Shown here piece by piece: positions 1 through 10,010 of a DNA stretch of 64,000 nt (position 1 is its first letter; each line of letters opens with the position of its first letter). The position numbers and the translations under genes were made by a program. The DNA is from Isurus oxyrinchus (taxonomy: Eukaryota): the NCBI GenBank assembly GCA_026770705.1, contig JANJGN010000041.1:6014001-6078000 (forward strand), in the 5' to 3' direction. The notes under the pieces were generated by a model that worked only from the letters and a program-made list of their open reading frames with translations, searched no databases and was not told the origin of the DNA.

Positions 1-124
1 CAGTAAATATTAACCAATGAAGAAAACGCGAGTGGCAAAGCTTCAGAAAAAATGCTGCCAAATTGTTTGAAATTTCAAACGGGTTTGTCACCAGTTCAGA
101 ATCGAATTCAATCAGATTATACGG

Positions 125-620
125 ACATGGGAATGAGTATCAGGATTAGGCCATTCAGCCCCTCAAGCCTGCTCCGCCTTTCGACAAGGTCATGGCTGAA
201 CTGCTTGTGACATCAACTCCACACACCAGTTTCTGCCCTCCACCCCAAGCAAATAACATTTTAACCCCTTGTGTCATAAACCTGTCTAACGCAGTGTTGG
301 ATATATTTAGTGAGCCGGCCTCTGCTGCTCTGTGGGGGAGAGAGAAAATTCCACAGGCTGACGACTCCCTAAGGGAATAAATTCCTCGTCACCTCCGTTT
401 TCAATGGGAGATCCCTTAATCCGAAACCCTTCAAGTCATGTTGTAGGTTCCCCCACCCCCAAGGAGGGGAACACATCCTTTCAGTATTCTTGATTCATTA
501 ATGTCGCCTCTCCTTCTTCCAAACTGTAACAGGCACCAGCAGAACATAGCCAACCTGTCCTCTATAAGGCAGCGCTCTTCATCCAGGAATCACCCCAGTG
601 AATCCTCTCTCAACGGCATC
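125..620 (-). mobile_element. CR1-clade LINE 3' end fragment
   Basis: Begins 'ggattaggccattcagcccctcaagcctgctccgcc...catggctga', the reverse complement of the 3' tail also seen at 1260-1340 and 19500-19600. Confidence 0.65.
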
Positions 621-658
621 TCCTGTGATCCGGCCCGTTCGAAAGGAAGGGAGATAAA

Positions 659-661
<3 letters not shown>

Positions 662-687
<26 letters not shown>
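662..687. repeat. (TA)n microsatellite
   Basis: Direct reading. Confidence 0.95.
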
Positions 688-690
<3 letters not shown>

Positions 691-759
691 CTGAATCGCC
701 TACTAGCAGTTACAATCGCCAACCTTTCAGACGCTTTATTCCCTCAACTGTACAAGTAA

Positions 760-1340
760 CAAGTTAGGCCATACCAAGAATACTATGAATAGTTTTGGTG
801 TCGTTTTCTAAGGAAAGTGATATTAGCATTCGATGGAGTCCAGAGAAAGTTCACTAGGTTGATCCCTCTGATGGAGGGATTTTCTTACGACGAGAGGTCG
901 ACTAAGTTGGGACAGGAATCATTGGATTTTAGACGTTTGAAATGTGATGTTACTGAAAGAAAGAAAATTGTTGGGTGGTTTGACTGGTTGGATGCTGAGA
1001 GGCTGTTTTCACTTGGGGGAGACTATAGGGCCAGACGGCATATTCTCAGAATAAGGGCAGAGTAAAGAGAATTTAACATAGAGACGAGGAGAAATTTCAT
1101 CTCTCAGTGGGTAGTCAATCCCTGGAATTCTTTACCACAGAGTTCCCAGGAAGCTAGATCGTGAAGCATTTTCGTGGCTGAAATAGACGGATTTTCAATA
1201 AATACCAGAATCAAGGGGTTTGGGGGAAAGACAGGAAAGTGGAGTGAGGGGTTATCTGGTCAGCCAAGATCTCATTGAAGGGTGGAGTGGACTCGATGGG
1301 CCAAACGGCCTACTTCTGCTCCTACCTCTTCTGGCCTTAA
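760..1340 (+). mobile_element. CR1-clade LINE, ORF2 C-terminus and 3' tail
   Basis: Degenerate VRP.LEY..QFW start; ORF 817-1065 'GVQRKFTRLIP.MEGFSYDER..KLG..SLDFRRL'; tail 'gggccaaacggcctacttctgctcct'. Confidence 0.8.
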
Positions 1341-1849
1341 ATCACAAGACAAATCTTCTCAATTAATATCAAGAGCTATTGCAGATGATGATTCAATCTC
1401 ATGGCCGCCATAAACCCAAAATCGCATATAACCCCAAAACACAACATCCCACCCCACGCAGAACCACGAGTGCGCCCACACCCTCATGCTTTCCAAGACT
1501 ATCATTCATTCCAGAAATCCGGCTGGAAACCACACGGTGAAGAACCAGGATCCTCCGGGATATTTCTTGCTCTCCTCGTCGGGATTCTCTTGTAATTTTG
1601 GCACAAGCTTATTGCACGGAAGATATTTTTTCAGCATTTCATGTACCTGGGAATGAGGATTCAGGTTGGTGAGAACGGGAACGCTGTTACTGGTCAACTG
1701 TAAATCAATCTCAGGAAACATGGACGGACCCCTTATTACGAGTGAAATTCCTTTCCTGAACAGGAGGGGGAAACGTGGCCACCTCTCTGCACTCGAACAT
1801 ACCCTGTCCCCTCCACACCAGGTCACTCTCTGCCCATTCTGCATCGGGG

Positions 1850-2205
1850 AAATTAACTCCCACCATCTGTTCAATCAAACACCCGTCAGAGAGTGAGGAA
1901 GGAATAATGATCCCTGCACGCGACTCAATGTCTACCGGAAATGTCCTATCAATGGAATGTTAAGTAATGCCAACTCGGGTAATTGATGCACTGAGGCCAA
2001 GAACTACTGCATGATGAACCCCCTCACCTGGCGGAGATGGGCTTCCTTTGCCTCCAACGTGTCCAGTTTATTCTTCCCGTTGAACATCGCTTGGACTTCG
2101 GCATTCATCTGGTCACAATCCAATTTGCTGAGTACCAGGACCATTGGACCATCGAGAGAACAAGGCTTCAGACACACCCACACAAAGCCCCTTGGCAGCG
2201 TTAGA
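1850..2205 (-). mobile_element. Possible decayed endogenous retrovirus env (SU end / TM ectodomain) fragment
   Basis: Minus frame reads LTLPRGFVWVC...NKLDTLEAKEAHLRQVRGFIMQ*FLAS, then a frameshifted 'CITYIP'-like stretch; the order resembles env heptad repeat, ISD and CX6CC region. Confidence 0.3.
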
Positions 2206-2994
2206 GGTGGGAGTTAGAACTGGCTACGGAGGTAGATTGGAGGGGATGAGTGTGGGTGGGGGAGAGGGGAGGGGCAAACCTCGAGAGTCACACTCTGTCC
2301 ACTCCCCTCGCTGACAGAATGAATAAGCTTCTGTGATGGAGTTCCATTTGGTGAATGTTATCCACAAATTGAGTTGGAAAGTCAGGCACCTGATTCTGAT
2401 GATCCCGCACTGAAAGTGGATGAATCCTGAGCGCATTTTCGACAGCATTGTCCCTCGGATCCCTCGTTGTGTGACATCTCAGGATCTGTGATACTAAATA
2501 AATGTGTTACTCACATTAAGTGCTGGTTGAAACCCCAAACGCCGCTGTCAATCACCTCTGCCTGGATAGTTTTAGATGACAGTAGCAAGAAGTTGAGATG
2601 CAGAATTACTCAGAACAGCTCAATATAAGAAAGGTATATTTGAAATGCACAGTCAGTAATGGACACACAGTCAGTAGGAAGAGGCATTGGCCTGAGTGAT
2701 ACAGATACAGGGTGAGCATATTTGTTAATTTTGAAATGGGTTCAAACTGAGACTTCGAATGATAAATCTGATTCAAGTTTAGTGTGAAAGCAATTTTACA
2801 AAATGAGCCTCATGCTGACCTAGAAATATTCAGTAAAATGGGCGTCTGCATTATCATTGGAGACATGGAGGATTGCAGACTCCAGATCACCTCAATATAT
2901 CATGTAATTGGTAGGAAAGTTTAGAAAATGGTTCACGTAAATATTTATAAAGTCTGAAACCCAAAAAATGTCACTCTGCTCTGCCACTGCTGGC

Positions 2995-3375
2995 TGCAAC
3001 CCCGTCACTAATTCTAAGTCCTCTCAGTTATTACATTCCAGTCCCTTCCATCGCGGCATCCCAGTCCCTTCAGTAATTACACCCCACTCCCCTCGACATG
3101 GCATCCCAGTGTCCTCAGTCACGAGATCAATACCACCTCAGGCACAACATCCCTCTCCCCTCAACCATTATATCCACATCCTGTCAGTCACTACAAACCT
3201 CTCTCCTCAGTCACGGAATCCCACTTCCCTCAGTGACTATATCACTCTTCACTCAGTCATGGCATACCACATGCCTCACTCAGGACATCCTAAAATCATC
3301 AGGCATTACGTCCCGTTCCACTCAGGCACTGCCCCCCACTCCTCTCGTTCATTACATCCAGCTCCATTCTGTATG
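2995..3375. repeat. Degenerate minisatellite, unit about 23 nt (CACTCCCCTCAGTCACTACATCC-like)
   Basis: Recurrent 'ctcagtcac/ctcagtta...catcc' periodicity; explains ORFs 2968-3387 and 3098-3376. Confidence 0.75.
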
Positions 3376-3738
3376 ATATTTCATTGATCATATTGTGTGA
3401 AGAATTTTGTAGAATATCCCCTCAAGATTGGAAACTGTTATATGAGATCCTCTTGGGCTTGATAATGCCCAAGGGGGCAGTCACTTGGTATTTTATGAGA
3501 GATGCCGATATTTTGGCTTTTCAAACAGGAGATCCGGGTAAATAATCCGACCCTACAGTTTCCAAAAGCCCCTCATCTAATCCAGACGGTAGCTGGAGTG
3601 ATTTTCCAGTTCACAGTTTATCTCAAAAAGTGGTTCAGGGTGGCTCAGCCCTTGTCATGAAGAGTCTGATAAGTGGCCTCGATCCTTGGACCTCCTGCAA
3701 ACAGTGGGTGTCGGGAAGATTATGAGGAGTGAGAGTCC

Positions 3739-4603
3739 TCAGCTCCACATTGAATGAGTTTTAAAATCGTAGTGAAGGGGATATTTCAGCTGCTCTCTTA
3801 ACTTAGCCTGTGTTACTGTATAGAAACCAATGATTGCTGAGCAGCTTAGGAGCTGCAGCATGAAGCCTATTTCTCTCATATAAATAGGTGGATTTATAGA
3901 ACTGCAGCCCAAAGCTACCAACCACTACCAGAGGGAAAACATCGCGAAGACAGCCCATAACAAAATGAAATTGAACGGGATAATGTGCATTAAAATGATG
4001 TATCTCCTTCTACTCTCCATCTCTGGGTCTCTGGTACTCACCCCATTGCTGTGAATCAGGATACTCCTGCAGGATCTGCTGCTCACTAAAATATGCCTGA
4101 CCGTTAAAACATTGAATACTAGAATGGGGAAAAATGCAATGAAGCATCTCGATTTTGCCCATGCCCTTGAATATACAGCATCCACTATCACAACACAAAA
4201 CCAGAGGAAATTCATCTTCCATTACTCCGGGGTATACATAAAATACCAATATTGAAACAGCTCAACATACTGACTGCACCCAGAACCACATGTGCAGTTT
4301 TCTCAGTGTAAGTTTCGTTCTCAGCTTACTGCAACAAATAGCCACAAATCGATTGAAAGTATAACGACAGTGAACCAGACAGAAGAGTCTGTGACTGCAT
4401 AAAGCAGAAGAGTATCGGAGTTACACACAGACATTTAAAGAAGAAACATAAACTCGAGAGTATAACCAGTTGAAAGGTGCCTCAGTATGAGATCGATGAA
4501 GAGGACAAGCAGATCTGCCCCTTGCAGGCCACAAAGTAGTAAGTGACACATTTCGAGAGGCCACAATTTCCCCGAGAAATGATTACTATTGTCAGCACGT
4601 TAA
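3739..4603 (-). pseudogene. GPR139/GPR142-like 7TM receptor pseudogene, exon 2
   Basis: Acceptor 'cccccttcctcgcag|' at 4604. Reads VNVLTIVIISRGNCGLSKCVTYY, ADLLVLFIDLILRH, VTDSSVWFTV, TFNRFVAICCSKL, FNVLTVRHILVSSR, DPEMESRRRYII, GFMLQLLSC, TQAKLREQLK. Disabled by frameshifts (about 4525, 4361, 4308, 4250), in-frame stops (TAA about 4435, TAA about 4222, TAG about 3925) and a TM5 deletion. Confidence 0.93.
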
Positions 4604-5368
4604 CTGCGAGGAAGGGGGACAAACATTTCCATTATTCTTCAGGCAGGAACGAGTTGCCAGCTGAACAGAATATGGCTGAATATTGGAAATGCCTTGCTGT
4701 GCCCAATTATGTCTTCTAACTCTTGTGTCCATGACACTGCTTTCCTCCGGAGAAAGGTGTTTTCTTTAAATATTATTGAATACTAAATGTTTAACATTAT
4801 CAGCGATGGGGGTTTCTATCAGCAAAAGTTGCATCTCAAAATGAGTTACGAATGTGGCAAAGCTAACTTAATATAATCTGAACACAAACAGATGAGACCA
4901 ATGCCACTTGGAAGAATGAAGCTAACCCTCAATCAACCAGTCAGATTAAAGCTCTGCGTTTCTGTAACATCAAATGTTGGGTTCATTTAAAAAAAAAAAC
5001 AATCAACTGACCAGAGGAAGTGGCTGTGCACTCATTCACATTCTCAATGATCTGAGCCCACAGCAGGTTAGCACAAAATACCCAGCTGCAAGATTTGTAA
5101 ACATATTCCGACAGAAGGACTAGGTGGTTGATCCATCCTCCTCAATTGCCCTGAATCACCGATGCTTGACTGAAGCTACTTCGATTCACATGGGTTATAT
5201 CAGGGGAGATGTGAGCTCACTGGGCACAGCAAAAGCCCCAGAGCTGACCGCATCTCTGCCACAGCATTGAGGACTTGTGCCCCAGAATTAGACGCAGCTC
5301 CATCCAAGCTGCTGCAGGAAAACCAGATGAGAGGAACCTACAGGGAGAAGTGGGAAATTGGCCTGTTA

Positions 5369-5531
5369 NNNNNNNNNNNNNNNNNNNNNNNNNNNNNNNN
5401 NNNNNNNNNNNNNNNNNNNNNNNNNNNNNNNNNNNNNNNNNNNNNNNNNNNNNNNNNNNNNNNNNNNNNNNNNNNNNNNNNNNNNNNNNNNNNNNNNNNN
5501 NNNNNNNNNNNNNNNNNNNNNNNNNNNNNNN
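5369..5531. other. Assembly gap (N)
   Basis: N run. Confidence 1.
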
Positions 5532-5544
5532 CAGAAGCTCGCCA

Positions 5545-5559
5545 CCCACACACACACAG

Positions 5560-5590
<31 letters not shown>

Positions 5591-5858
5591 GAAGGGAAGA
5601 ATGGGATTGATCTCGTTCATCAACAGTGTGATGTAATGTGTGAGTAACACACACACAGGCACACACACAAACACACACTCACACACCCACCCCACACACA
5701 CACGCACNNNNNNNNNNNNNNNNNNNNNNNNNNNNNNNNNNNNNNNNNNNNNNNNNNNNNNNNNNNNNNNNNNNNNNNNNNNNNNNNNNNNNNNNNNNNN
5801 NNNNNNNNNNNNNNNNNNNNNNNNNNNNNNNNNNNNNNNNNNNNCACCCTCACACACG

Positions 5859-5890
<32 letters not shown>

Positions 5891-5892
5891 AA
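5545..5892. repeat. (CA)n microsatellite complex spanning a second N gap (5708-5844)
   Basis: Direct reading; a ~35-nt spacer (aagaa.ggaagaa.gggattga.ctc..tcatcaaca) occurs twice, at about 5589 and 5895. Confidence 0.9.
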
Positions 5893-6651
5893 CAAAGAAT
5901 GGAAGAACGGGATTGACCTCAGTCATCAACAATCTGATGGAATGTGTATTTGGTCGTGAAAGCTGGCGCCAGTTGCACAGTTGAAACCTGGGGAATGCGT
6001 CTCACTCTGTATTCATCTAAGACCAGTGGCTGGCAGGCGTCATTGCAGCCATGGGCTTAACAGGGCGGAAATAATCAATTAAAGAAAAATGACTGGCAGT
6101 GACTGTCCATGAATTCAGGCCGCATTTGACACTATTTGGGCCGGCAGTCCGGAGAAAGGGAAGTGCTTTGGGTTGTTTGAGGCTAAGTAACTGCTCCTGG
6201 AGTCCCTCCGGTTAGTACCATAGTCGCAGACATCATCAACTGCTCCTGCAATGGCTTTCCCTCAATCATAAGTGCAGGAGTTTCGTTGTTCACTGAGCAT
6301 TGTACATTGCACAGCTCTATTCCTCATTCGTGGAAAGCTGAAGTGGAACTTCTGCACTCACAGTACTGCACAGGCAAAATTGGGGCTGATGCTGGTCAGG
6401 TTTGACAACATTTGCAACACAAAAATTGCAGGCAATGCCTATCAGTAGCATTCGATGATTATATGGTGTTTAGTGCAGAGAGTTAAAGAAGTGCAAGAGT
6501 ACTGCAGCGAATGGTAGCTTTTGGGAAAATTACTGGATACAGTGTCTTACCAGGAACAGCAATAACAGTGAAGAGAGGAGCCATTCAATGACAGGGACAC
6601 CAATAAAATAACAAATGTCTGAGAAAAACAATGCTGCGTGCAGAAACTTAC

Positions 6652-6748
6652 CAGCAGCTGCAAGAGCAGCGAACAATGGATAGTAAATTTCGTGAACCAC
6701 ATAGAGGAACATTTCAATCCTCAAATCCAGGGAATAACCCAGATGCAT
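6652..6748 (-). pseudogene. First coding exon of a GPR139-like receptor (likely partner of exon 2 at 3739-4603)
   Basis: MHLGYSLDLRIEMFLYVVHEIYYPLFAALAAA + G|GTAAGT. Phase-1 donor at 6651 matches the phase of the 4603 acceptor; IYYP TM1 motif. Confidence 0.8.
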
Positions 6749-7079
6749 TCTCTGCCCCTTGGTGGAGCTCCTGGCCTTGGATAGAGCCGGTGCTGATGTT
6801 CACAATGACAGTCAGAAATAGCAGTTTGGACTGGTTTTCCCTAATAATATCATTGAATTCCTCTGGTGGCAGAGTGAGTGTCCTTCCGGGGGTTGTTGAC
6901 GGGTGGAGCGGGGGGGGGGGGGGGGGGGGGGGGGGGCGGGGCGGGTGGGCGGAGTGGCGGGGAAGGTGGGGGGGGGGGGTGGTGGGGGGGGGTGTTGGGT
7001 TGTGATTCTCATTTCTGTTAAAATGGATTAGATCAACCCTGTTCAACACTACCTGACTATTTTGCAAACCTTACAACTG

Positions 7080-7270
7080 TATTTATATTATGTTTAACTG
7101 GGCGTGAAAAATCTCAAAACACAATCCTCAATACTCAACGGCAGTGATTGGTTTGAGTGACAGATGTGGCCTTCACTGACAAACAGTTACAGAGACAGAG
7201 AGACGATAAAGTACTGATAAGTTGACACAGCACGTCAGCCCCAATAAACTCAGCCAGCACCCGGAAACAG
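7080..7270 (-). promoter_or_regulatory. Candidate core promoter of the 6748 exon
   Basis: Minus-strand TATAAA (7082-7087), GGGCGTG box (about 7100), CCAAT (7147-7151) next to TGAGTGACAG (PBX/PREP-type decamer, 7154-7163), CACGTCA and CCGGAA sites further up. Confidence 0.3.
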
Positions 7271-7959
7271 AATTAGCTTTAATAACCTGATCATTCATCT
7301 CTCATATGAAGAGAGTCGGGGTGAGGAGAGAGAGAGTAAGGATGGGGGGCTGGTGGGGTTGGGGTGGAGAGAGCAGAGCCCTGGAGAGAGGGCGCGGGAC
7401 CCATCATCAGCCCATCAGCCCTCTCTATGTAAAAAATTCTTGACTCTCCAAACCGCTCCGTCCTTGCGAGTGAATATCCCATCTCCAAACTCATTTTCTC
7501 TCCAAATCTATTCAACATGATGTTCACACCGTTTCCCCAAAATCCCATCTTTCCCCAGTTTCCCCTGTACCACATTTCCTATGCCCACTAACGATGACGT
7601 TCCACTACCACAGAATTTCCTCTTTGCTCATGCTAAGGAAGCCTCCTATTGGATTCAGATAACCGCCTCGGTAACTGAAGGGAGAAGGATCTGGAGGGAT
7701 GGGCAATAGGTCACACATGGGTTAACGTGAATAACAGAGGGCTTCAGGGGTAGGAGAACACAAGGATGAGCCGCAAGGTTGCAGTGGGGCTGAGGTGGCG
7801 TTGCTGATGGGATTGAGCAGAGAGGGGAGGGTTTTGACCAGGGTGGAAATAGGCTGATGGTTTGTGGCTTTTCTGAAAGGCGGAGAAAAGGCCTAGTAGA
7901 GTGCGAGGGGTGAGACAGAGGAACGAGGGAATCCTGGTGTGATGCACGGTCGAGGGAAC

Positions 7960-8870
7960 AGAGCTCACGCTGGGTCAGGAACGCAAAGGCCAGCATGAAG
8001 GTCACAAATATATGAGGTCGAGGGGATTAGGTGTCAGACTGCGTCAGCTTAAAGCATAGGGTCAGGGGTTCGACAGTGGACCAGGTGTTGATAGAGTCGG
8101 TTTGGTTAGGCAGAGGGTAAGGGGTTATACAGATTGCCAGTGCAAAGACAGAACCGCATTGGTGGAGCAGAGTGTCAAGGGGTAGCCCAAGAGACAGGGT
8201 TAGGACACACATCATTGGTTAGGCAAAGTGTTGAGGTCAGGGAAAGGGCGAGGTGATAGGTAAAGCTATGGGGTGAAACAGAGTATGAGCTAGAGTCAAT
8301 GTTTATGCTGAAGGTCAGGGATTACGCAGATATGAGCAGGGTTAGGCGGAAATTCAGTGGATAGACAGACTCACCCGGTTAGAAAAAAAGGTCATGTGTT
8401 TGCTAGATGATTAGGCAGAAGGCCATTGGTTAGGCAGAAAGTCAGGGGTTAGGCAATGGGTGAGGTTTAGGTAGGGTTCAGACAGATGATCAGGGGTTAG
8501 GCAGGGTTTGAAGCATTAGGTAGGGAGTCGCGGTTACACAGACAGCCAGGTGTAATCTGGGTTAGGCACTGGATCAAGGGAGCATAGGTCAGATTGATTT
8601 AAAAGAACAGAGGGTACTGTAAGGTGTCAGGTGTCAGAGCATCAGGGCTCTGGCTGGGTAAGACAGAGGTTCAAAGTTTAGGCAACTTTTCAGGGTTCAG
8701 GTAAAGGTCATGCGATTGACATGGTCAGGGGAAATTAGGGTTAGGCAATGAATCAAGAGAGCAGAAGCCAAGCTGGTTCAAGTGAACAGAGGACACTTGA
8801 AGGTCACAGATTATATGCCTTTCAGGGGATCAGGGATCAGAGTGCATTAGGCAGAAGGTCAGGGGTCAAA
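7960..8870. repeat. Degenerate G-rich minisatellite, GGGTTAGGCAGAGGGTCAG-like unit
   Basis: Many 'ggttaggca' and 'ggtcagggg' cores at roughly 19-20 nt spacing. Confidence 0.75.
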
Positions 8871-8919
8871 TAGTTTAATTGGAACGGTGCTGGGTGGTTG
8901 CGGGTCTGTTTCTGCTCAG

Positions 8920-9257
8920 ATGAGATAAAGTATCTCAATCCCGCCAGGTGAGCACTGACCACTTTCTTGTTTATTTTTTTCTTTTCCTTTGCCCACCGAA
9001 GACGTGTTCCGGGACAACCGGAAAACACATTTAACAGGACGTACAGAATGAGGATAAACTGCGGCCTGATGAGGCTGCAGCGCTTGTATGACTAGGCCTG
9101 CGGGGCAGAGTTCCCGGCCATCTGTGAGAAGACGACCATCCGCCTCCACCTGATCTTCCAGCGAATGATGCAGAGCCAGCGAAGGAACGCTGGGCTGGCG
9201 TCCGCTCCATCATTCCTACCGTTGCCTTTCATCTTGTGGAGGGTGGCAATTTACTAG
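8920..9257 (+). pseudogene. C-type lectin domain terminal exon (9002-9257) with a preceding short exon (about 8920-8947); one in-frame stop
   Basis: Polypyrimidine tract + AG at 9001. A single frame reads RVPGQPENTFNRTYRMRINCGLMRLQRLYD*ACGAEFPAICEK...: GQPxN, NCG, xxD..C and ICEK are CTLD hallmarks. TAG at 9093-9095; terminal TAG at 9255-9257. Confidence 0.62.
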
Positions 9258-9539
9258 ATGAAATGTAATTCTGAATAGTGTGAGGTGCTACGCTTCGGAA
9301 GGAGTGATCTGACACGAAGTATACTATGAAAGGCATGGCAAGAGGAATTTCCTGAAAAAGTTTTCCGGACAGAAGTTTCTGCGAGGAGCTCCTGAGATGA
9401 TTTCCTGAGAGGCAGTGAGTGTGTCTGTTTTTGCTCTTGCATCCATCAGCATACAATTATGAGCAGCCTCTATCTTGATGATTCTGTTAGAAATCAACTG
9501 TAAATATGATATTCGCAACCTAAGGCCTCTGATGGAATA

Positions 9540-10010
9540 GAGCCATGGAATTACACATTTGAGGAAGACACCATGTGTCCCATGGAGTCCGTTTCAATAC
9601 GTTGCCAGACCTATCTAATCAACCCTTCTCTTCTCCCCTCCATTAGCTTTGCAAATACCCACTGCCTGTGCTCATCCAAATCTATTTTCACAATTAAATG
9701 TTTATTTGCATTCGCCAGCCTGTCAGGAAGAACATTCCAACTTTCTTGGCACTAAGAACTCTTCAACCGCTCTAAGCTTCTCTGCCAATCACTTTCAAAG
9801 TCCCTGTGCTGGTTACTGACTGACTTTCCAGTATCGCCAATTTCTCGTTATTTACATTATCAAATACAATCGTGATTTTAAATGACTCTACTAAACCTCC
9901 CCTTTGCCTGGCCTGCTCAACAGAAAACAATCCCAGCTTCTCCAGTCTCTCTACCTAATTCAAGCCCCTCATCCCTGTTACAATTCCAGTAACATTTCTC
10001 TGGACCCTCT
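9540..10010 (-). mobile_element. Old CR1-clade LINE 3' fragment
   Basis: Similar to the reverse complement of CR1 ORF2 C-terminal and tail sequence ('agaaaacaatcccagcttctccagtctctc', 'tctctggaccctctc'). Confidence 0.5.

Larger units (their letters stand above)
5020..6460 (+). mobile_element. Decayed CR1/L2-clade LINE fragment interrupted by (CA)n tracts and gaps
   Basis: 'RTCAPELDAAPSKLLQ' matches the KTCAPELA.PL.KLFQ motif of the copies at 45-46 kb and 57-58 kb. Confidence 0.55.

Noticed and set aside
125-1340. Inverted pair of CR1 3' ends as one palindromic element
   Set aside because: The copies are diverged and cover the same tail; two independent insertions is the simpler explanation.
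5217-5984. ORFs rich in CV/HT and X
   Set aside because: Translations of (CA)n repeats and N gaps.
6812-7067. Proline/glycine-rich ORFs
   Set aside because: Produced by poly-G tracts.
7141-7170. VIGLSDR resembling the lectin WIGLSD motif
   Set aside because: No Trp, a stop follows shortly, no splice sites; better read as a CCAAT/decamer promoter element.
9330-9415. Cluster of TTCC/GGAA words suggesting STAT or NF-kB sites
   Set aside because: No correctly spaced TTCN3GAA; a single GGAATTTCC is not significant.
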